DNA of 33,428 nucleotides from a virus (Duplodnaviria; Heunggongvirae; Uroviricota; Caudoviricetes): IMG/VR virus record IMGVR_UViG_2879759574_000002; one strand, 5' to 3'. Shown piece by piece: positions 1 to 10,548 of this stretch (position 1 is its first letter; each line of letters starts with the position of its first letter). The notes under the pieces were generated by a model. It saw only the letters and a program-made list of their open reading frames with translations, ran no database searches and was not told where the DNA came from. The position numbers and the translations under genes were made by a program.

Positions 1-360
1 TTACAACATTGTCAGTGCGTTAAGGCGGGATGTTTTTGGCTGACGCCAGTCCAGCTTATCGAGGAGCATTGCCAGTTGCGAGCGGGTAATGGATACCTTG
101 CCGTCACGCACAGCAGGCCAGATAAACTGGCCTTCCTCCAGGCGTCTGGTGAACAGGCACAGACCATCAGCATCAGCCCACAGGATTTTAATCATGTCAC
201 CCCGTCGGCCACGGAAGATGAACAGGTGACCGGAGAAGGGATTATCATTCAGCACATGCTGTACCTGTTCACCCAGCCCGTTGAAAGACTTACGCATATC
301 GGTTATCCCAGCAACGAGCCAGATGCGGGTGCCTGACGGGAGTGAGATTATCGTCCCCAC
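1..360 (-). CDS. IS66-family orf2 (TnpB-like accessory protein)
   Basis: 119-aa ORF; sequence ...LVAGITDMRKSFNGL...LFIFRGRRGD...LDWRQPK... recognised as IS66 Orf2 family; similar to the orf2 copies at 10153..10500 and 28520..28867. Confidence 0.8.
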   Translation of the reverse strand: MGTIISLPSGTRIWLVAGITDMRKSFNGLGEQVQHVLNDNPFSGHLFIFRGRRGDMIKILWADADGLCLFTRRLEEGQFIWPAVRDGKVSITRSQLAMLLDKLDWRQPKTSRLNALTML

Positions 361-767
361 CCGGTCAGTTCACGGATCAACACTGTGAGCAGCTCTGGTG
401 AAGGATTTTCCAGCGTCATGTTACCGTGACGGAACTCCACCTTGCAGGAGCTGGCACTAACTGTAGTCTGAGTAGATAAAGACGGAGTAAGAGCAGCCAC
501 CGGTTCTTTCGGCTCATCCGGCGTTATCTCCACAGGTAATAATTCAACGCCAGTGTCAGAAGAGGTTGTTACCGGAAGACGCCGCGATATGCGCCCTTCG
601 TTCTGCCAGAGCCTGAGCCATTTGAACAGCAGGTTATCATTGATATCGTGTTCCCGGGCAATACGGGCAACAGAGGCTCCTGGTTGTGAAGCCAGTTTAA
701 CCATTTGAAGTTTAAACTCATTTGAAAATGATCTGCGGGGTTCTGCAGATAATGCTTTCTGTTCCAT
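348..767 (-). CDS. IS66-family orf1 (TnpA-like accessory protein)
   Basis: 139-aa ORF overlapping orf2 by 13 nt in the usual IS66 arrangement; helix-turn-helix-like N-terminus. Confidence 0.7.
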   Translation of the reverse strand: MEQKALSAEPRRSFSNEFKLQMVKLASQPGASVARIAREHDINDNLLFKWLRLWQNEGRISRRLPVTTSSDTGVELLPVEITPDEPKEPVAALTPSLSTQTTVSASSCKVEFRHGNMTLENPSPELLTVLIRELTGWGR

Positions 768-818
768 AACAGGTGTCCACTAGTTGAAAAGGTGGGCACC
801 TACGTTACCAATACAGGC

Positions 819-1127
819 TTAATGGCTACATACGGCGGTCAGTTTACGCTTACCAAAATACGCTGTTGCTTTTTTTAATATATATCGCTCAAGGCGAGCT
901 TCATTTAACGCTTTACGCAGTTGCAGAATTTCAGATTCCAGTTCAGCCACCGTGCGGGAACCAGGAGTACCGAGCCCTTTTCTGGCGGCGGTAACCCATT
1001 GTCCTAAAGTGCCTTCAGGAAGGGATAATCGGGAAGCGCCTTCACTGATCGAAAGTTGATTTTCAAGAACCGTTCTGACAGCTTCGGCTTTGAACTCTTT
1101 AGAGTAACGTTGGTTTTTTCTGCTCAT
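819..1127 (-). pseudogene. IS600 orfA, C-terminally truncated (reading frame runs into the IS66-family end)
   Basis: ORF begins MSRKNQRYSKEFKAEAVRTVLENQLSISEGASRLSLPEGTLGQW... (IS3-family OrfA); tail ...AYFGKRKLTAVCSH is translated from the IS66 terminal repeat. Confidence 0.7.
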
Positions 1128-1192
1128 TATTAGCTCCTTCTGATGCCATTCTATTTCAGGAAGGAGTGTCCGTTAAACTCAGGCTACCTCAG
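854..1192 (-). mobile_element. IS600 (IS3 family) 5-prime fragment, truncated by the IS66-family insertion
   Basis: Minus-strand terminus TGAGGTAGCCTGAGTTTAACGGACACTCC ends at 1192 and is followed by the orfA start; element stops abruptly at the GTAAGCG end of the IS66-family element (853/854). Confidence 0.65.
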
Positions 1193-1250
1193 CCTGAGGG
1201 CAGGTGTAAAACAATAATCAAGCATGGGGTTCATATCCATAGCTCCATTT

Positions 1251-1796
1251 TTATTTTAAGGAAAGCAACTGCTCTACGGTCATGTTTTTAATTGCGCCCC
1301 GGTTTACAAGAGTCCAGCCCTGTTTTTCCAGATAAAACCGGAAAGTCTCCAGGGTACAGACCAGTGCGCCATCAGGAACGGTTTCGGTGAATTCGACATT
1401 GCCGAATTTGTCGAAGTGAACAACCAGAGTGCGACCATCACCCGGAATCATCTTGTCAGCAGGTGGGGTGTTATTCTGGCGCAGTTCGGCCTCCATGCGG
1501 TCGAACTCAGCAATGTAGGCTTCCTTGAATGTGGCGGCTTTTTTGCCCGTGAAGCCCATCACCAGGAAAACGAAGCCGTTTTTGGTGATTTGGTAGGCGT
1601 TATAAGAATTGCCGCGGTGTTCGAATTTAACCCGCGAAAAGTTGCTGGTTAAAAATAGTTCAGAACATTCGAGGGATTCTATTTTTTGAACAACATGGTG
1701 ATGCTGCTTGCCAAAAAACTCAGCAATCGAAATAGAAGTAGTGACGGCGCGACCATTTTCGATGGTTACGTCAGGGTGAGAAAGGGTAGTAGCCAT
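1251..1796 (-). CDS. Rha-family phage regulatory protein (antirepressor-like)
   Basis: Track ORF 1251..2075; internal ATG at 1794..1796 preceded by GAGGA and followed by MATTLSHPDVTIENGRAVTTSISIAEFFGKQHHHVVQKIESL, the Rha-family N-terminal motif; upstream extension overlaps a terminator hairpin. Confidence 0.75.
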   Translation of the reverse strand: MATTLSHPDVTIENGRAVTTSISIAEFFGKQHHHVVQKIESLECSELFLTSNFSRVKFEHRGNSYNAYQITKNGFVFLVMGFTGKKAATFKEAYIAEFDRMEAELRQNNTPPADKMIPGDGRTLVVHFDKFGNVEFTETVPDGALVCTLETFRFYLEKQGWTLVNRGAIKNMTVEQLLSLK

Positions 1797-1962
1797 AATG
1801 ACATCCTCAAGTGATAAGTTAATTAACTCACCAGCAGAGGTGCTAATCTCATGGGTGGTGAGACGCACAGGGTTAGCACTACCGGTCACTCGAGAACCCG
1901 GCCAGCCTTGCGGCTGCCCCGCACGCCTCACCATAATTTGAATGTGGCTGTGCATTACGCAT

Positions 1963-1985
1963 AAAAAAAACCGCTTCAGCGCGGT
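1963..1985 (-). terminator. Rho-independent terminator candidate (stem ACCGC/GCGGT, 6-nt loop, U8)
   Basis: Plus strand reads A8 then ACCGCTTCAGCGCGGT; on the minus strand this is hairpin plus T8, about 170 nt upstream of the Rha start. Confidence 0.5.
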
Positions 1986-2115
1986 TATGCGCTCGAGTAA
2001 CTTTCGGGGTGCTAATCCCGGCGCCCGTTTTATGAGGTGCAGGTGCATTATAATTCCACCCGTTCTGGTTTTCAATAGCTACATTCAACATTTTCTCTTT
2101 CCTTTCATCACCGAA

Positions 2116-2266
2116 GTGAATTTTGTGATGCGGTGCCTAGTGCCTCCAGGTGACGTTAACCAGTTAACAATTACAGTCGGCTTTCCCACCCAAACCAATA
2201 AGGACTAACATGACTTTTAACTGTGCCGCGTGCGCTTAGCCGCATTCACCGCATCACAAAATTCAC
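2116..2266. repeat. Perfect 20-bp inverted repeat pair (GTGAATTTTGTGATGCGGTG at 2116..2135, reverse complement at 2247..2266), 111-bp spacer
   Basis: Direct inspection; arms are exact reverse complements. Confidence 0.8.
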
Positions 2267-2269
2267 TTT

Positions 2270-2325
2270 AAAAAGGGCGGACATCAGCCAGCAATTAAAC
2301 CGATGCCGCCAACTGGTACTTCACA
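2270..2325 (-). ncRNA. dicF: DicF-like sRNA candidate
   Basis: Minus strand reads ...GUACCAGUU GGCGGCAUC ...loop... GAUGUCCGCC CUUUUU, a GC stem ending CCGCCCUUUUU; lies downstream of ydfA and upstream of the Rha gene, the position DicF occupies in Qin; 5-prime end undefined; match to DicF is from memory. Confidence 0.3.
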
Positions 2326-2512
2326 CAGCAATGTCGTTATTTACAACCGGAAGCGCACTCCCACCATTTAAATTTCACAGACAAGACCGACTCTTTATGA
2401 ATACCGGAAATGCGCCTTCGTGTTGTGCCCGGTTTTATTTCACCACCTCCGGGCTTTGGTGGCCTCGGCTATACCTCTACAGCGAGAATATTGAATTAAT
2501 CCAATAAATGGA

Positions 2513-2665
2513 TTAGCTGGTATTTTTGGCAAGCCAGCGACGTGCGCCAGCTTCGGTTTTAAACGTTTTGCTTTTGGTATACGTCATGGCGGTGAATGTG
2601 CCGTCCTGATTGGGAAACACGCCACACACTAGGGATTCGTTGTTGCCAAGATCGATAGTATCCAT
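2513..2665 (-). CDS. ydfA: YdfA-like DUF1391 small prophage protein
   Basis: Track ORF 2513..2719; internal ATG at 2663..2665 with GAGG upstream; MDTIDLGNNESLVCGVFPNQDGTFTAMTYTKSKTFKTEAGARRWLAKNTS recognised as Qin YdfA. Confidence 0.7.
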   Translation of the reverse strand: MDTIDLGNNESLVCGVFPNQDGTFTAMTYTKSKTFKTEAGARRWLAKNTS

Positions 2666-2866
2666 GCTGACCTCATTTCCCCTTAACGCCGGGGTAGCGG
2701 AACTGTTTGCTGAGAACACCGTGCGGTGTCTTGATGAATGAAATTTAGAATAACCTAAGGTGTTGGGTTAAGATTTTATGTAGAAAAACCTAAGTTTTTT
2801 GATGTAAAAAACACAAGTGTTTGAAAGTTTGTGCTTTTTATTACAGGGTGTGGAGAAAAAAGGGGA

Positions 2867-3274
2867 TTATTTGTTTGCGCTTCTTTTGCGAGCTTTGAGT
2901 AGTTCTTCAAAAAGTTTGTTGAAATTTTCAACTCGAGCACGCATCTCTGACAACAGGGCCTTTTGCTCTGACTCAGGCAGTGCGTCGAACAGTTGAAGTA
3001 ACTCTTTTTGATCTTCTGTCAGAATGGCTGGCTGATTATCCGGGATCGGTTCGCCTGGTTGTTTATCTTCATCCCCAAAAAGAAGCCAAGTCGGTGAGCA
3101 CTGAAGCGCTTGGCTCAGTGCGAATAATCTTTTCCCCGCCGGCTGTGTTTCATCTCTTTCCCATTGAGAAATTGTTACGTGAGCCACTTTGACCAGCTTA
3201 CCTAATGCGGCCTGAGACAGTTTTAATTTTTTACGCCTATGTAAGAGGCGAGCACCGAAGGTTTCGTTTTTCAT
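2867..3274 (-). CDS. DicA-like HTH (XRE-family) prophage repressor
   Basis: 135-aa ORF with HTH (...LSQAALGKLVKVAHVTISQWERDETQPAGKRLFALSQALQCSPTWLLFGDEDKQ...) and C-terminal ...EMRARVENFNKLFEELLKARKR resembling DicA; divergent from a Cro-like gene. Confidence 0.8.
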   Translation of the reverse strand: MKNETFGARLLHRRKKLKLSQAALGKLVKVAHVTISQWERDETQPAGKRLFALSQALQCSPTWLLFGDEDKQPGEPIPDNQPAILTEDQKELLQLFDALPESEQKALLSEMRARVENFNKLFEELLKARKRSANK

Positions 3275-3350
3275 ATTAGGGAATTCTAATTTTTCTTGAC
3301 TTAGGTTTCTCTACAATCTAGTTTCCTTAGGAAAATCTAAGGAGCTCGAT
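3275..3350. promoter_or_regulatory. Divergent immunity-region promoter/operator between the DicA-like and DicC-like genes, with repeated CTTAGG/CCTAAG half-site-like motifs
   Basis: Repeated TTAGG/CTAAGG motifs; TTGACT (3296..3301) with TAGTTT 17 bp downstream as a candidate plus-strand promoter; TAGAAT immediately upstream of the repressor ATG on the minus strand. Confidence 0.4.
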
Positions 3351-3577
3351 ATGTTGAAAATTGATGCTATAGCGTTTTTTGGCAGCAAAACAAAGCTTGC
3401 CAATGCCGCAGGAGTTAGGCTGGCAAGCATTGCTGCATGGGGGAACTGGTTCCTGAAGGTCGCGCGATGCGCCTGCAAGAGGCATCTGGCGGGGAACTTC
3501 AGTACGACCCCAAAGTTTATGACGAATATCGTAAGGCAAAACGACCTGGGAAGGTGATTCATGAAAATCAGGCATGA
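3351..3577 (+). CDS. DicC/Cro-like regulator; frame broken in this sequence at a G5 run (3439..3443)
   Basis: Frame 0 gives MLKIDAIAFFGSKTKLANAAGVRLASIAAWG...; the -1 frame continues ELVPEGRAMRLQEASGGELQYDPKVYDEYRKAKRPGKV..., so one extra G restores a ~75-aa Cro/DicC-like protein. Confidence 0.6.
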
Positions 3578-3981
3578 GCACATCGAATCAGTGCTGTTAG
3601 CCCTGGCAGCCGAAAAAGGGCAGGCGTGGGTCGCTAACGCAATTACTGAAGAATATCTGCGGCAGGGGCGGCGAATTGCCTCTGGTACCAGGCAAGGACT
3701 GGAACAATCAGCAGAATATCTATCACCGTTGGTTGAAAGGTGAAACGAAAGCGCAAAGGGAAAAAATTCAGAAACTGATCCCTGCGGTTCTGGCAATTCT
3801 TCCGCGTGAGCTGCGTCACCGACTCTGTATCTTCGATACCCTGGAACGCCGTGCATTACTGGCGGCGCAGGAAGCGTTGAGTACGGCAATTGATGCGCAT
3901 GATGACGCAGTTCAGGCCGTTTACCGGAAAGCACATTTCAGCGGTGGTGGGTCGTCCGACGATTCTGTCGTTGTGCATTGA
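3561..3981 (+). CDS. YdaT-like prophage early protein; frame interrupted around 3680..3740
   Basis: Track ORFs 3561..3743 and 3676..3981 in different frames; N-part MKIRHEHIESVLLALAAEKGQAWVANAITEEYLRQG and C-part ...IYHRWLKGETKAQREKIQKLIPAVLAILPRELRHRLCIFDTLERRALLAAQEALS resemble YdaT downstream of Cro-like genes. Confidence 0.4.
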
Positions 3982-4071
3982 TGTTTATGCCGAACCTCCT
4001 CTGGTTCTGTTGATTGGGGAATCACAGATTATATCCGGAGGAAGGTTCGGCACCAGACGAGGTTTCTATAT

Positions 4072-4153
4072 ATGAGCATGAAACTAATGGCAAAAGCAAT
4101 GGAAATTAAAGTGGGTAATCCATTGCGTAAGCTGGTTCTGATTAAGCTGGCTG
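4072..4153 (+). pseudogene. Phage early gene N-terminal fragment (27 codons), truncated by IS911
   Basis: ATG at 4072 with GAGG 9 nt upstream; MSMKLMAKAMEIKVGNPLRKLVLIKLA then the IS911 left end TGAAGTGGCACAC at 4154. Confidence 0.35.
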
Positions 4154-4225
4154 TGAAGTGGCACACTGAATTTGGCCACCTGAACAGAGGTGATATGCTC
4201 ACCTCAGAACAACACAGGTGCTCCA

Positions 4226-5394
<1,169 letters not shown>

Positions 5395-5420
5395 CCACTT
5401 CACATGGACATTTGAAAGAG

Positions 5421-5442
5421 CCCGCTTTATGCGGGTTTTTTT
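5421..5442 (+). terminator. Rho-independent terminator (CCCGC-TTTAT-GCGGG followed by T7)
   Basis: Direct inspection; 19 nt after the IS911 right end. Confidence 0.6.
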
Positions 5443-5535
5443 ATACCTGAAATGAAAAACGGCACAGGACGTTAAACGTGCTGGTGGTCAGATGAGTTTG
5501 CAGATGTGATGACATATGGTTATTATTCTGCCTCC

Positions 5536-5612
5536 GGCCCTTTAGCTCAGTTGGTCAGAGCGAGCGACTCATAATCGCCAGGTCGCTGGTTCAAGTCCAG
5601 CAAGGGCCACCA
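5536..5612 (+). tRNA. tRNA-Ile2 (anticodon CAU, ileX-like; could alternatively be Met)
   Basis: Cloverleaf GGCCCTT...AAGGGCC acceptor, anticodon loop CTCATAA, T-arm GGTTCAAGTCC, 3-prime CCA; close to E. coli ileX. Confidence 0.8.
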
Positions 5613-5613
5613 A

Positions 5614-5690
5614 CCACCACTAGCTCATCCGGATAGAGCATCAACCTTCTAAGTTGACGGTGCGAGGTTCGAGTCCTCGGTGGTGGGCCA
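5614..5690 (+). tRNA. tRNA-Arg (anticodon UCU, reads AGA)
   Basis: Acceptor CCACCAC/GTGGTGG, anticodon stem TCAAC/GTTGA with loop CTTCTAA, T-arm CGAGGTTCGAGTCCTCG, CCA end. Confidence 0.75.
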
Positions 5691-5692
5691 GC

Positions 5693-5768
<76 letters not shown>

Positions 5769-5771
5769 TAT

Positions 5772-5846
<75 letters not shown>

Positions 5847-5852
5847 GTCAGA

Positions 5853-5898
5853 GTCTTTCAGTCTGCGATGATGGGAAATCCCGGAGTGACTGAAAGAC
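5853..5898. repeat. 11-bp inverted repeat GTCTTTCAGTC / GACTGAAAGAC with 24-nt spacer, just after tRNA-Gly
   Basis: Direct inspection. Confidence 0.6.
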
Positions 5899-5905
5899 GT
5901 TTAAG

Positions 5906-5978
5906 TTATGAATGATCGCCTTTTTTTGCAAAATTGCTGTGCAGAAATACTAACCTTCGGGCGTGCGATCATTCATAA
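5906..5978. repeat. 14-bp inverted repeat TTATGAATGATCGC / GCGATCATTCATAA with 45-nt spacer containing a T7 run
   Basis: Direct inspection; sits in the tRNA-holin interval where lambdoid late-transcription signals lie. Confidence 0.6.
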
Positions 5979-6138
5979 GCACTCTGCTTTTATTCCGATT
6001 AACTGTGGGTGGTTTGTTGGATAGAGTGCTTTCCTTACTGTATATATCGTTTCGCCCGCTTTTGCGTTTTTTTCTTTTCAAATCCCTTTCATTTCTCAGT
6101 GTAAAACTACGCCATCCGTTATTTGCGGAGGTGAGGCT

Positions 6139-7083
<945 letters not shown>

Positions 7084-7428
7084 GGCTGAAATGGTAACAG
7101 TGGGCTGCAAACTGCCGAACGGTCTGGTGCTGGAAGTGGGTCAGAAACGGGTTCAGGTGGCAGGCTGGCGGAATAACGCGGTTAAAATTGTGGGGGCTAT
7201 GGTCTGACGCAGGTCGATAAGGTGTTTTTTGACGCCTGGCTGGCGGAGCACGGACAGCAACCTTATGTGAAAAATGGCGTTATTTTTGCGCAGGATAAGG
7301 CGAACAGTGCAGTCTCGCAGGCTACGGAGCAGAAAGCCGTTAAATCCGGCCTTGAACCGCTGCCGCAGAAAAATCCGGCTCCGGGCGTTAACCGCAATGA
7401 TGAAGTGATGGGTAAACCTCAGGAGTAA
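7084..7428 (+). pseudogene. Phage head-region structural gene, C-terminal fragment (5-prime part replaced by the IS911 fragment)
   Basis: Open frames run from the IS911 boundary to a stop at 7428 (track ORF 7222..7428), immediately upstream of the head-tail joining genes. Confidence 0.35.
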
Positions 7429-7433
7429 ACGCT

Positions 7434-7888
7434 ATGGGTACGGTGACGTTTGACTGTCGGATGTTTGTCAGTCTGTACCCGGAGTTTTCCACGGTGACAC
7501 CGGAGCTACTGACGGCGGTGTTTAACCGGGCGACCGCGTTGTACCTGGATAACACGGACGACAGTCCGGTTACCGACCTGAAGGAGCGGGAACAGCTTCT
7601 GTTCCTGCTGGTTGCGCATCTGTGCGCATTGCGGGGCTGGGAAACGGGAGAGACGGGCAGGCTGGTCTGGTGGGGCGTATCACCAGTGCGTCGGAAGGTT
7701 CTGTATCGGTATCGGTGGATAATAGCGGCAGTAATGATGCGTCGTGGTGGTATCTCCAGACCCCCTGGGGTGCTGACTACTGGCAGGCGACAGCGCCATA
7801 CCGCTCAATGCAGTATCATTCCGGGGGGGGCACCTTCGCGATATCCGGGGCATTATTACCGGGGATACGGGAGGGGCGTCGATGGTAA
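7434..7888 (+). CDS. Phage head-tail connector-like protein (DUF4054-like); frame broken at a GGG run near 7651
   Basis: Track ORFs 7434..7892 and 7622..7888; one extra G joins ...[21 protein letters not shown] to [48 protein letters not shown]...; stop overlaps next gene start. Confidence 0.5.
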
Positions 7889-8465
7889 ATAAAGTCACAG
7901 GTGGCAAACAGTTCCGGCAGAAGCTGAAACAGGTTGCCGCGAACCTTTCATTGGGTAAAAAACTCAAAGTGGGTTTTCTTGAGGGAGCAACTTACCCTGA
8001 CGGTACGTCAGTGGCTTATATTGCCGCAGTTCAGGAGTTTGGTGGAAGAGCGGTCATACCCGCCCGTGAGCAGACGCTCCACTTTCGCTATAACGAAAAA
8101 ACGGGAGAAACCGGGCACCGCTTTGTCAAAGCCGGTAAAGGGAATTTTGTTCAGGATGTGGTTATTCCTGAGCACACGGTCACCATTCCCCCCGTCCGTT
8201 CTTCCGTAAGATGATCGAACATAAAAGTCCCGAATGGGGCGAAAAAATGGCGACCTTATTACGGGCGAATGATTTTGATACTGCGACCGCTCTGGTGTGT
8301 ATGGGAGAACATATCAAAGGGCAGTTGCAGATGTCTGTTCGCGACTGGGAAAGTCCGTCCAACGCTGCATCCACTGCCCGGCAAAAGGGTTTTAACAACC
8401 CGCTTATTGAAACCGGACATATGATGGACAGCGTTGATTATTCTGTAGACGGGGGCAAAAAATGA
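7882..8465 (+). CDS. Phage virion morphogenesis / head-tail joining protein; frame broken at a C6 run (8186..8191)
   Basis: Track ORFs 7882..8214 and 8211..8465; one extra C gives continuous ...[30 protein letters not shown]... Confidence 0.45.
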
Positions 8466-8826
8466 ACTTTCACGGTATTGTTTCCGGCGCAGTACGTCGG
8501 GTAAATCCCTTTACAGACGCGCTGGTTTATCGTTCCCGCGGAGTACACAGCAGGCAGATTATTCCCGCGTACCTGAGTATGAAGATCCGGTTTCCGTCAG
8601 GGGGCAAAAGCAGGCTGTCACCCAGGCTGATTTACGTCATCTTGATAATCTTAACCAGCAGGGAGTTTTCGCCACATTGTATACCGATGGTAACTGGTGC
8701 GGGCTTAACCGTGCCCGGCAACAGGGAGGCGATAAATTTGTTATTGGCGATGAAACGTGGCTGGTGATTGAGGTACTGGAAATCTGGCCTGACTGGACGA
8801 GGGTTATTGTATGCCTTCAGGTGTGA
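8462..8826 (+). CDS. Phage tail-completion-like protein; frame interrupted
   Basis: Track ORF 8462..8767; a second frame carries ...VPEYEDPVSVRGQKQAVTQADLRHLDNLNQQGVFATLYTDGNWCGLNRARQQGGDKFVIGDETWLVIEVLEIWPDWTRVIVCLQV ending at 8826. Confidence 0.4.
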
Positions 8827-9355
8827 CCCTCTCCGTTACGGAAAGCGCTCTTTATCAGGCCCTCGGTGATTATCACCGGGGCTTTTTTCTGATGCCGGGA
8901 TTGAACGAACGCAGCAGAACCAGGTCCCGATGCCTCAGGGGAATTTCATCACCATGACGGGCATTGATGTTACCGGATTATCCACTGCGGTAGTGGCATA
9001 TTCTGCGCCAGCGCAGGCTGGTGAGGGCTCTCAGCATATCACCCGTACCACAAAATGGCGTTGCCAGCTTGATTTCTACGGCCCTCACGCGGCAGATAAC
9101 GCTCAGGTGCTGGCAACGCTTTTCCGGTCTGAATTTTCCGTACGGCTTTTCCGGCAGGGCGGTGGGCTGATTTCCCCGCTGTATTGCTCAGAGCCCTTTA
9201 ACACCACATTCCCCAACGGTCAGCAACAGTATGAACCGCGCTGGACGCTTGATATTCAGATGCAGATTAACCCTGTGGTCACAACTTCCCTGATGTTTTT
9301 TGACAACGTGATCACCCGGACAACGGAGGCTGATAATGCCAATTCCACTCAGTAA
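8811..9355 (+). CDS. Phage structural protein (tail-proximal); frame broken at a T6 run (8886..8891)
   Basis: ATG 8811 (MPSGVTLSVTESALYQALGDYHRGFF...) shifts into track ORF 8930..9355; one extra T joins them. Confidence 0.4.
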
Positions 9356-9755
9356 AGATGTACAGATAAATCCCGGTGTGCTGGCTGTGGCGGGTAATGC
9401 CGTCGATCTTAACGGCCTGCTGTTGACCAGTAATCCGTTACTTCCGGTCGGCACTGTGGTTCCGTTTTCCTCTCCGGATGATGTGGCCGCGTATTTTGGT
9501 GCATTATCCGATGAGTACGCACGCGCTCAGCTTTATTTCCAGGGCTTCAAAAATGCCACCAGGACGCCGGGGCAATTGTTGTTTTCCCGTTTCAGTCCTG
9601 CCCCATCGGCGGCCTGGTTACGTAGCGGTTCGTTTAAGGGCGCGACTGTTGAACAGCTACAAAAACTTTCCGGCACGCTGATGCGTAAGCGTACAGCCTG
9701 AACCGTCTGGTCAGAATCTGACGAATTAGACAAAGTGGTGTCCACCAAATAAGTA

Positions 9756-10156
9756 GTGGGAACCAAAGTGTCAGATATGCAGAAAAATGTGAATCCCGGC
9801 AGGCGAAAAGGCTGCCCTAATTATCCTCCCGAATTTAAACAGCAGCTCGTTGCTGCCTCCTGTGAACCGGGATATCCATCTCAAAACTTGCTCTTGAAAA
9901 TGGCATTAACGCCAATCTGTTGTTCAAATGGCGACAACAATGGCGCGAGGGAAAGCTGCTATTACCTTCTTCAGAGAGCCCCCAGCTACTTCCTGTGACT
10001 CTCGATGCAGCTGCCGAACAGCCAGAATCGCTCGCAGAGGATCCGGAAACCCTCAGTATCAGCTGTGAGGTAACGTTCCGGCACGGGACGCTCCGCTTCA
10101 ATGGCAATGTCAGCGAAAAGCTCCTGACTCTGCTGATACAGGAACTGAAGCGATGA
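9756..10156 (+). CDS. IS66-family orf1 (copy A); frame broken at a CC/CCC difference versus copy B
   Basis: Track ORFs 9756..9998 and 9920..10156; copy B has AACCCGGG where copy A has AACCGGG. Confidence 0.7.
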
Positions 10157-10500
10157 TCCCGTTACCTTCCGGGACCAAAATTTGGCTGGTTGCCGGTATC
10201 ACCGATATGAGAAATGGCTTCAACGGCCTGGCGGCAAAGGTGCAGACGACGCTGAAAGACGATCCGATGTCAGGTCACGTTTTTATCTTCCGTGGGCGTA
10301 ATGGCAGTCAGGTAAAGCTCCTCTGGTCTACCGGCGATGGACTGTGTCTGCTGACCAAACGGCTGGAGCGCGGCCGCTTCGCCTGGCCGTCAGCCCGGGA
10401 TGGCAAAGTGTTCCTCACACCGGCACAGCTGGCGATGCTCCTTGAAGGTATCGACTGGCGGCAGCCTAAAAGACTGCTTACGTCCCTGACTATGTTGTAA
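10153..10500 (+). CDS. IS66-family orf2 (TnpB-like), copy A
   Basis: 115-aa ORF MIPLPSGTKIWLVAGITDMRNGFNGLAAKVQ..., identical to the copy at 28520..28867. Confidence 0.85.
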   Translation: MIPLPSGTKIWLVAGITDMRNGFNGLAAKVQTTLKDDPMSGHVFIFRGRNGSQVKLLWSTGDGLCLLTKRLERGRFAWPSARDGKVFLTPAQLAMLLEGIDWRQPKRLLTSLTML

Positions 10501-10548
10501 GCCTCTTTATCCTGGTCGACGCTGAATGAGCCTGGTAATATACCCGGT

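Larger units (their letters stand above)
1..853 (-). mobile_element. IS66-family insertion sequence, partial in window (orf1 and orf2 present; orf3/TnpC would lie beyond position 1); terminal repeat begins GTAAGCG on the minus strand at 853
   Basis: orf1 and orf2 translations are typical IS66-family accessory proteins; minus-strand terminus GTAAGCGTAAACTGACC at 853 matches the GTAAGCG terminus seen on the two other IS66-family copies in this window. Confidence 0.7.

Noticed and set aside
1797-2075. N-terminal extension of the Rha ORF (track ORF begins at 2075)
   Set aside because: The extension overlaps the terminator and lacks Rha homology; the Rha motif starts right after the internal ATG at 1796, which has a GAGGA RBS.
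1879-2091. 70-aa minus-strand ORF (MLNVAIENQNGWNYNAPAPHKTGAG...)
   Set aside because: It reads through a hairpin plus U8 terminator (1963..1985) and overlaps the extended Rha frame; I do not recognise the sequence. A short real peptide is not excluded.
2223-2507. 94-aa plus-strand ORF
   Set aside because: Antisense to the DicF-like/ydfA operon region, low-complexity, no RBS or recognisable family.
6026-6060. Candidate sigma-70 promoter upstream of the holin (TTGGAT, 18-nt spacer, TATATA)
   Set aside because: Weak match; late genes in lambdoid phages are normally driven by an antiterminated late promoter, so not reported as a feature.
5847-6138. Shiga toxin genes in the tRNA-holin interval
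   Set aside because: The interval is only ~290 bp and contains no ORF; only inverted repeats.
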